DNA from: a virus
Taxonomy: Duplodnaviria; Heunggongvirae; Uroviricota; Caudoviricetes
Reading direction: 5' to 3' (one strand)
IMG/VR virus record: IMGVR_UViG_2703718790_000029
Length of the DNA: 12,357 nucleotides
Shown here: positions 6,443-12,357 of the stretch, one piece after another
Numbering within the stretch: the first letter of the stretch is position 1
Layout: every line of letters begins with the position of its first letter
The notes under the pieces: generated by a model
Database searches by the model: none
Seen by the model: only the letters and a program-made list of their open reading frames with translations
Told to the model about the DNA's origin: nothing
Made by a program: the position numbers and the translations under genes

Positions 6443-8960
6443 ATGAGCACAAAACCACTCTTCCTTTTACGGAAAGCGAAAAAATCATCCGGTGAACCTG
6501 ACGTCGTCCTGTGGGCAAGCGACGATTTTGAATCAACCTGTGCCACTCTGGACTACCTGATCGTTAAGTCAGGTAAAAAACTGAGCAACTATTTTAAAGC
6601 TGTTGCCACAAATTTTCCTGTCGTTAATGACCTTCCCCCTGAAGGTGAGATCGATTTTACCTGGAGTGAACGCTATCAACTCAGCAAAGACTCCATGACC
6701 TGGGAACTAAAACCGGGAGCAGCGCCAGACGACGTTCACCATCAGGAGGATGCACCGGAAACCGAAGAACCGACGGGAGGCCAGGAAGAAAACGCGCAGG
6801 CAGACGCCCACGAGGATTGCCAGGATTGCGAAGTCTCTGTAGCCACTTTGCGGTTCACACAGCGTCTTCTGCACATTTTTACGTATGCAGCCGGGGATCG
6901 AAAATACCTGCATCATGCCACCCGTGAACAACGCAAACACATTACTGCTCTTGAGATGGATCAGGAAAACAGCTATGTCCAGAATCTGCTGTTGGCCATA
7001 CGCAGCATGGCAGAACCGACAACTCTGGATAATGCCGCCCTGCTCCGCCTGACTGATGCAATTAAGGCAGTGTTCTCTATCACGAAAAAACATCAGCCCT
7101 ATGAATTTAAGAATTTCATTTCAGCCTGGCTGGATACCGAACACATTGATCGCGGTCTTCTGACAAAAGAATGGCGAAAAGGGAATCGTGTTTCACGCAT
7201 CACTCGCACGGCTTCCGGTGCTAATGCTGGCGGCGGGAACCTCACCGATCGCGGCGAAGGTTTCGTCCACGATCTGACATCACTGGCGCGCGATGTAGCC
7301 ACTGGCGTACTGGCCCGTTCAATGGACGTGGACATCTATAACCTTCATCCGGCACACGCTAAACGCATTGAGGAAATTATCGCTGAAAATAAACCACCCT
7401 TTTCTGTTTTCCGCGACAAATTCATCACCATGCCTGGCGGGCTGGATTATTCCCGCGCCATCGTGGTTGCGTCCGTGAAAGAAGCACCAATTGGGATCGA
7501 GGTCATCCCCGCACACGTCACTGAATATCTGAACAAAGTACTGACTGAAACCGATCATGCCAACCCTGATCCGGAAATCGTGGATATTGCCTGCGGTCGC
7601 TCCTCGGCCCCGATGCCGCAACGAGTAACAGAAGAAGGAAAACAGGACGATGAAGAAAAACCACAACCATCTGGCGCAATGGCAGATGAACAGGCAACGG
7701 CTGAAACAGTGGAACCGAATGCAACTGAACATCATCAGAACACGCAGCCGCTGGATGCTCAGTCACAGGTAAATTCTGTTGATGCGAAATATCAGGAACT
7801 GCGGGCAGAACTCCATGAAGCCCGGAAAAACATTCCATCAAAAAATCCTGTCGATGCCGATAAATTGCTTGCTGCATCACGTGGTGAATTTGTTGACGGA
7901 ATTAGCGACCCGAACGATCCGAAATGGGTTAAGGGGATCCAGACTCGCGATTCTGTGTACCAGAACCAGCCAGAAACGGAAAAAATCAGCCCGGATGCGA
8001 AACAACCTGAGCCAGTAGTGCAACAGGAACCGGAAATAGTCTGCAATGCCTGCGGTCAGACTGGCGGGGATAACTGCCCTGACTGTGGTGCGGTGATGGG
8101 CGACGCAACATACCAGGAAACATTCGGTGAAGAGAATCAGGTTGAAGCTAAGGAAAAAGATCCGGAGGAAATGGAAGGCGCTGAACATCCGCACAATGAG
8201 AATGCTGGCAGCGATCCGCATCGCGATTGCAGTGATGAAACTGGCGAAGTCGCAGATCCCGTAATCGTAGAAGACATAGAGCCAGGTATTTATTACGGAA
8301 TTTCGAATGAGAATTACCACGCGGGTCCCGGCGTCAGTAAGTCTCAGCTCGATGACATTGCTGATACTCCGGCACTGTATTTGTGGCGTAAAAATGCCCC
8401 CGTGGACACTACAAAGACAAAAACGCTCGATTTAGGAACCGCTTTCCACTGCCGGGTACTTGAACCGGAAGAATTCAGTAACCGCTTTATCGTAGCACCT
8501 GAATTTAACCGCCGTACAAACGCCGGAAAAGAAGAAGAGAAAGCGTTTCTGATGGAATGCGCAAGCACAGGAAAAACGGTTATCACTGCGGAAGAAGGCC
8601 GGAAAATTGAACTCATGTATCAACGCGTTATGGCTTTGCCGCTGGGGCAATNNNNNNNNNNNNNNNNNNNNNNNNNNNNNNNNNNNNNNNNNNNNNNNNN
8701 NNNNNNNNNNNNNNNNNNACGGTTATGAAGCACAGTTTGGCGTGCTGCCAACTTTCGTTTTTCTGGTTGCCAGCACAACTGTTGAATGCGGACGTTACCC
8801 GGTTGAGATTTTCATGATGGGCGAAGAAGCAAAACTGGCAGGCCAGCAGGAATATCACCGCAATCTGAGGACCCTGGCTGACTGCCTGAATACCGATGAA
8901 TGGCCAGCTATTAAAACGTTATCACTGCCCCGCTGGGCTAAGGAGTATGCAAATGACTAA
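6443..8960 (+). CDS. recE: RecE exonuclease VIII, interrupted by an assembly gap
   Basis: Long acidic N-terminal region and a C-terminal nuclease domain (...[36 protein letters not shown]...[17 protein letters not shown]...). The post-gap reading ends ...[10 protein letters not shown] at 8960 and overlaps the recT start (ATGACTAA). Frame across the gap cannot be verified. Confidence 0.8.
8652..8718. other. Assembly gap (67 N)
   Basis: Run of N characters inside recE. Confidence 0.99.
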
Positions 8961-9762
8961 GCAACCACCTATCGCAAAAGCCGATCTGCAAAAAACCCAG
9001 GGAAACCGTGCACCAGCAGCAGTAAAAAATAACGACGTGATCAGCTTTATTAATCAGCCATCAATGAAAGAGCAACTGGCAGCAGCTCTCCCACGCCATA
9101 TGACGGCTGAACGAATGATACGTATCGCCACCACAGAAATTCGTAAGGTTCCGGCGCTAGGAAACTGTGACACCATGAGTTTTGTCAGTGCGATCGTTCA
9201 GTGTTCACAGCTCGGCCTTGAGCCAGGTAGCGCCCTCGGCCACGCATATTTACTGCCTTTTGGTAATAAAAACGAAAAGAGCGGTAAAAAGAACGTTCAG
9301 CTAATCATTGGTTATCGCGGCATGATTGATCTGGCTCGCCGTTCTGGTCAAATCGCCAGCCTGTCAGCCCGTGTTGTCCGTGAAGGTGACGAGTTTAGTT
9401 TTGAATTTGGCCTTGATGAAAAGTTAATACACCGCCCGGGAGAAAACGAAGATGCACCAGTGACCCACGTCTATGCTGTCGCAAGACTGAAAGACGGAGG
9501 GACTCAGTTTGAAGTTATGACGCGCAAACAGATTGAACTGGTGCGCAGCCAGAGTAAGGCTGGTAATAACGGGCCATGGGTAACTCACTGGGAAGAAATG
9601 GCAAAAAAAACGGCTATTCGTCGCCTGTTTAAATACCTGCCTGTCTCAATTGAAATCCAGCGTGCAGTATCAATGGATGAAAAGGAACCACTGACAATCG
9701 ATCCGGCAGACTCCTCTGTATTAACCGGGGAATACAGTGTAATCGATAATTCAGAAGAATAA
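8953..9762 (+). CDS. recT: RecT single-strand annealing protein (269 aa)
   Basis: AAGGAG at 8939-8944 before ATG 8953; product [18 protein letters not shown]... matches Rac RecT as recalled over its full length. The ORF-track start at 8896 is an upstream extension. Confidence 0.9.
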   Translation: MTKQPPIAKADLQKTQGNRAPAAVKNNDVISFINQPSMKEQLAAALPRHMTAERMIRIATTEIRKVPALGNCDTMSFVSAIVQCSQLGLEPGSALGHAYLLPFGNKNEKSGKKNVQLIIGYRGMIDLARRSGQIASLSARVVREGDEFSFEFGLDEKLIHRPGENEDAPVTHVYAVARLKDGGTQFEVMTRKQIELVRSQSKAGNNGPWVTHWEEMAKKTAIRRLFKYLPVSIEIQRAVSMDEKEPLTIDPADSSVLTGEYSVIDNSEE

Positions 9763-9818
9763 TTCAGCCTGGCGGTGTAATGCACCGCCAACGTGAGACA
9801 GTTTTTATGACAAAAATT

Positions 9819-10013
9819 ATGAGATATGACGATGTTAAACCATGTCCGTTTTGTGGTTGTCCATCTGTTACAGTGAAAGCAATTTCAGGATATTACCGGG
9901 CAAAATGCAACGGATGCGAATCCCGAACTGGCTATGGTGGAAGTGAAAAAGAAGCACTCGAAAGATGGAATAAACGAACTACTGGAAATAATAATGGAGG
10001 TGTTCATGTATAA
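9819..10013 (+). CDS. ralR: Lar/RalR-like restriction-alleviation protein (64 aa)
   Basis: Zinc-ribbon motifs CPFCGC ... CNGCES; position between recT and xis as in Rac. Alternative start at ATG 9807. Confidence 0.6.
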   Translation: MRYDDVKPCPFCGCPSVTVKAISGYYRAKCNGCESRTGYGGSEKEALERWNKRTTGNNNGGVHV

Positions 10014-10194
10014 AATAACTGCCACTATTGAAAAAGAAGGTGGCACTCCTACTAACTGGACAAGATATTCAAAATCTAAATTAACGAAATCAGAATGCGA
10101 AAAAATGCTCTCAGGGAAAAAAGAAGCAGGCGTGTCCAGAGAGCAGAAAGTAAAGCTGATAAATTTTAATTGCGAGAAACTTCTGTCCTCGTGA
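10006..10194 (+). CDS. YdaC-like small protein (62 aa)
   Basis: GGAGG at 9995-9999 before ATG 10006, which overlaps the ralR stop (ATGTATAA); sits between ralR and xis as ydaC does in Rac. Confidence 0.45.
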   Translation: MYKITATIEKEGGTPTNWTRYSKSKLTKSECEKMLSGKKEAGVSREQKVKLINFNCEKLLSS

Positions 10195-10300
10195 GTTGCA
10201 TTATATACAAATTAGAACTTCATAGCTGATTATTAAAAATCAACCACACCCGCCAGTATTCTGTATATTTACTGGCGGTCATATCGTAAGAGGTATGGCA

Positions 10301-10582
10301 ATGAATCTTGTGACACTCAAAACGTGGGGAAAACTCAGATATCCGGATAACCCACCATCAATATCAACGCTGAGACGATGGGCAAGGAATGGAAACATTT
10401 ATCCTGCACCTGAACTACACGGGAGGAGTTACAGGGTGGTTCCGGAAGCTTTCTATATCAACCCAAATAAGGTTGATACCGATATAACACACCATCAGCC
10501 TAATGGGCGACAAGGGAGAGACAGTCCGTTACTGGAGAAGTTAAAACATGCAGCGGAAAAAATACGATCCCAATTTACCTAA
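10301..10582 (+). CDS. xis: Excisionase (Xis)
   Basis: Small basic protein immediately upstream of int, overlapping it by 35 nt; AAGAGG at 10288-10293 favours ATG 10301 over 10295. Confidence 0.7.
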   Translation: MNLVTLKTWGKLRYPDNPPSISTLRRWARNGNIYPAPELHGRSYRVVPEAFYINPNKVDTDITHHQPNGRQGRDSPLLEKLKHAAEKIRSQFT

Positions 10583-11663
10583 AAACTTAACATATCGAAG
10601 GAGGGACAAAGCATATTACTGGCGCAACCCTCTGACGAAAGAAGAATTTACACTAGGTAAAATTTCAAGAAGAGATGCAGTAGCGCAGGCAATTGAAGCA
10701 AATCATTATATATACAAAAACTACTCTCCTGCTGCCTTAATTGAAAAACTAAAAGGGTTCGACTCATTTACTATGGCAGACTGGATTGAACGTTACAAAA
10801 CGATTCTTATAAGGAGAAAAGTGTCCAGAAATACTTATAAAATTCGGGTAAATCAACTGGAGACAATAAAAGAAAAATTAGGAGGGGTTTTACTGACAGA
10901 AATAACCACTCGCCATATTGCCGAGTTTCTTGATTTGTGGATTGAAGGAGGGAAAAACACGATGGCAGGATCAATGCGTTCTGTGTTATCTGATATGTTC
11001 CGCGAGGCCATTGTTGAAGGACGTATATCTCAAAATCCAGTAACGCCAACAAGAGCACCGAAAATAGTAGTTACAAGAGAACGGCTGAAACTAAAGACAT
11101 ACAACTGCATCAGGGAGGCAGCAGATCAACTTCCGACATGGTTCCCATTAGCTATGGACTTAGCCCTTGTAACAGGACAACGTCGCGAAGACATAACAAA
11201 TATGCGGTTCAGTGAGATTTATGATGATCGTCTCCACATCAGGCAAATTAAGACAGGAATGATGATTGCTATCCCCCTGTCACTCAGCCTTCCTGTCGCT
11301 GGTTTACGACTTGGTACAGTAGTTGAACAGTGCCGCATGGTAAGTAGGGGGGATTATCTAATCAGTGCCGGGATTAGAAAAAACAGCCCTGACGGCAGCA
11401 TTCACCCGGACGGCCTGACAAAGAAATTTGTCGCAGCCAGAAAATTAACAGGTATCCAGTTCAGTGAAAACCCACCAACTTTTCACGAGATCAGAAGCCT
11501 GGCTGGACGATTGTACAAAGAAACATGTGGGGAAGAATTTGCTCAACGTCTACTTGGCCACACATCGGAGAAGACAACAAAAATGTATCTTGATGAGAGA
11601 GAAAAAACGTACTACTGCTCTGATTTTAACGTAAATGGATTGTTAAATGTGTTTTGGTTGTGA
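10548..11663 (+). CDS. int: Lambda-family tyrosine integrase
   Basis: N-terminal arm-binding-like region ([27 protein letters not shown]); catalytic-region motifs [23 protein letters not shown] and a C-terminal Tyr in [10 protein letters not shown], paralleling lambda Int as recalled. Confidence 0.9.
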
Positions 11664-11690
11664 TATAACCAAAAAAGACCGGAATACAGA

Positions 11691-11712
11691 AATTCGAGTA
11701 AATTTCGAGTAA
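11691..11712 (+). repeat. Tandem ~11-bp repeat (ATTTCGAGTAA x2) in the P'-arm region; candidate arm-type Int sites
   Basis: AAATTCGAGTAA followed by ATTTCGAGTAA, between the int stop and the inferred core. Confidence 0.3.
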
Positions 11713-11754
11713 TTTCGGGGAGACGTTTGCAACTAATTGATTTTAAATACAATT

Positions 11755-11777
11755 AAAAAAAGACCGAATACGATTCC
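11755..11777. other. Putative attL core (3'-terminal ~23 nt of sdsR)
   Basis: Placed from the recalled report (Balbontin et al. 2008) that the last ~23 bp of ryeB serve as a phage attachment site. The exact crossover cannot be set without the other prophage end or an unoccupied site. Confidence 0.4.
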
Positions 11778-11857
11778 TGTATTCGGTCCAGGGAAATGGC
11801 TCTTGGGAGAGAGCCGTGCGCTAAAAGTTGGCATTAATGCAGGCTTAGTTGCCTTGC
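11755..11857 (-). ncRNA. sdsR: SdsR (RyeB) small RNA
   Basis: Revcomp of 11755-11857 reads GCAAGGCAACTAAGCCTGCATTAATGCC...CTGGACCGAATACAGGAATCGTATTCGGTCTTTTTTT, matching SdsR as I recall it, including the 10-bp terminator stem and U-tract. Confidence 0.7.
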
Positions 11858-11986
11858 CCTTTAAGAATAGATGACGACGCCAGGTTTTCCAGTTTGCGTG
11901 CAAAATGGTCAATAAAAAGCGTGGTGGTCATCAGCTGAAATGTTAAAAACCGCCCGTTCTGGTGAAAGAACTGAGGCGGTTTTTTT
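11760..11986 (+). ncRNA. ryeA: Possible RyeA/SraC antisense RNA (ends approximate)
   Basis: RyeA is known to be antisense to and longer than RyeB. A plus-strand promoter-like TTGCAA (11727-11732) ... TACAAT (11748-11753) and the terminator at 11948-11986 would bound a transcript of about 230 nt. Inferred, not directly supported. Confidence 0.3.
11858..11900 (-). promoter_or_regulatory. Candidate sigma-S-type promoter of sdsR
   Basis: Revcomp of 11865-11871 reads CTATTCT, resembling the extended sigma-S -10 (CTATACT), a few nt upstream of the inferred 5' end. Confidence 0.4.
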
Positions 11987-11990
11987 ATTG
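11946..11990. terminator. Bidirectional intrinsic terminator
   Basis: AACCGCC (11948-11954) pairs with GGCGGTT (11975-11981), extended by GTTCT/AGAAC; A-run 11943-11949 on one side and T-run 11980-11986 on the other. Confidence 0.7.
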
Positions 11991-12015
11991 GAAATCAAAA
12001 GGCTATTTTAGGTAA

Positions 12016-12357
12016 TTAACAGAGTTTTTCAGCTCGTTCTATAAACGGTGCCAGACTCATTTTTTCGCCGGGATTGTTAGGATCATCAATCTGAATCACC
12101 GAAATGGGTTGGGCTTTAGTCTTCCCACTGGCAACTTCCTTTTGTGCGATATCGTTTAAAGGATACTGCACGAGGGTACTTGGGTTAATGACATACAAAG
12201 CATTACCCGGTCTGCAAGTCAGCATCACCTCTTCGCGATTAAACGCCCATTTGTCTTTACCCACTTCAAAACGACTGACGGTAATCACCTGCGGTGCAGC
12301 CAGCGCCGCTGCAGAACTGGTGAGTAACAGAAACGTCAGAATACTTTTTTTCATCAT
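12016..12357 (-). CDS. yebY: YebY-like small secreted protein (host gene)
   Basis: 113-aa ORF with an N-terminal signal peptide ([22 protein letters not shown]); start at the window edge. Matches my recollection of E. coli YebY, which neighbours the ryeA/ryeB locus. Confidence 0.65.
   Translation of the reverse strand: MMKKSILTFLLLTSSAAALAAPQVITVSRFEVGKDKWAFNREEVMLTCRPGNALYVINPSTLVQYPLNDIAQKEVASGKTKAQPISVIQIDDPNNPGEKMSLAPFIERAEKLC

Larger units (their letters stand above)
1..11777. mobile_element. Rac-like lambdoid prophage, int-proximal end (left boundary lies outside the window)
   Basis: Contiguous phage-type gene order (replication module, divergent switch, kilR-ydaE-racC-recE-recT-ralR-ydaC-xis-int) ending just before a host sRNA/yebY-like locus; right boundary placed at the inferred att core. 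Confidence 0.8.

Noticed and set aside
8652-8718. N-run considered as a repeat or CRISPR-like feature
   Set aside because: It is an assembly gap. No CRISPR array is present in the window.
6707-8858. Nine minus-strand ORFs of 72-147 aa inside recE (6707-7093, 7099-7335, 7319-7735, 7518-7880, 7792-8046, 7877-8320, 8344-8616, 8432-8650, 8628-8858), plus the plus-strand ORF 7779-8018
   Set aside because: All lie antisense to or out of frame within a long, well-supported gene, have odd composition (Cys/Phe/Trp-rich) and no ribosome-binding sites. Most likely ORF-finder artefacts.
3818-10013. Longer N-terminal extensions given by the ORF track (starts at 3818, 4219, 4370, 8896, 9780, 9934)
   Set aside because: Internal ATGs with better Shine-Dalgarno spacing give products that match the expected family sizes and avoid long overlaps with the upstream gene.
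9585-11058. Minus-strand ORFs 9585-9791 and 10807-11058
   Set aside because: Antisense to recT and int respectively.
11664-12015. Searched for a tRNA gene at the attachment site
   Set aside because: No cloverleaf-compatible sequence seen; the junction instead matches the sdsR sRNA.

Overview
This window appears to be the integrase-proximal ~11.8 kb of a Rac-like lambdoid prophage, joined to host DNA at the SdsR (RyeB) small-RNA locus next to a yebY-like gene. Gene calls rest on reading the translations and on recalled similarity to known proteins; no database search was run. From left to right: a minus-strand replication module (two small hypothetical genes, a winged-helix-like protein, a DnaC-like helicase loader, an O-like initiator with a DnaT-like C-terminus and internal iterons, YdaT-like and YdaS/Cro-like genes); a divergent operator region; a plus-strand paaR2-paaA2-parE2-like regulator/antitoxin/toxin operon; a pL-like promoter; a small ORF and an intrinsic terminator; then kilR-ydaE-racC-recE-recT-ralR-ydaC-xis-int. 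recE is interrupted by a 67-N assembly gap. After int come an attL-like region, the SdsR sRNA on the minus strand, a bidirectional terminator and the yebY-like gene. The most interesting hypothesis is that the PaaR2-like regulator sits in the cI position of a lambda-like switch, with the toxin-antitoxin pair as cargo between inverted operator-like elements. I found no CRISPR array, tRNA or rRNA.
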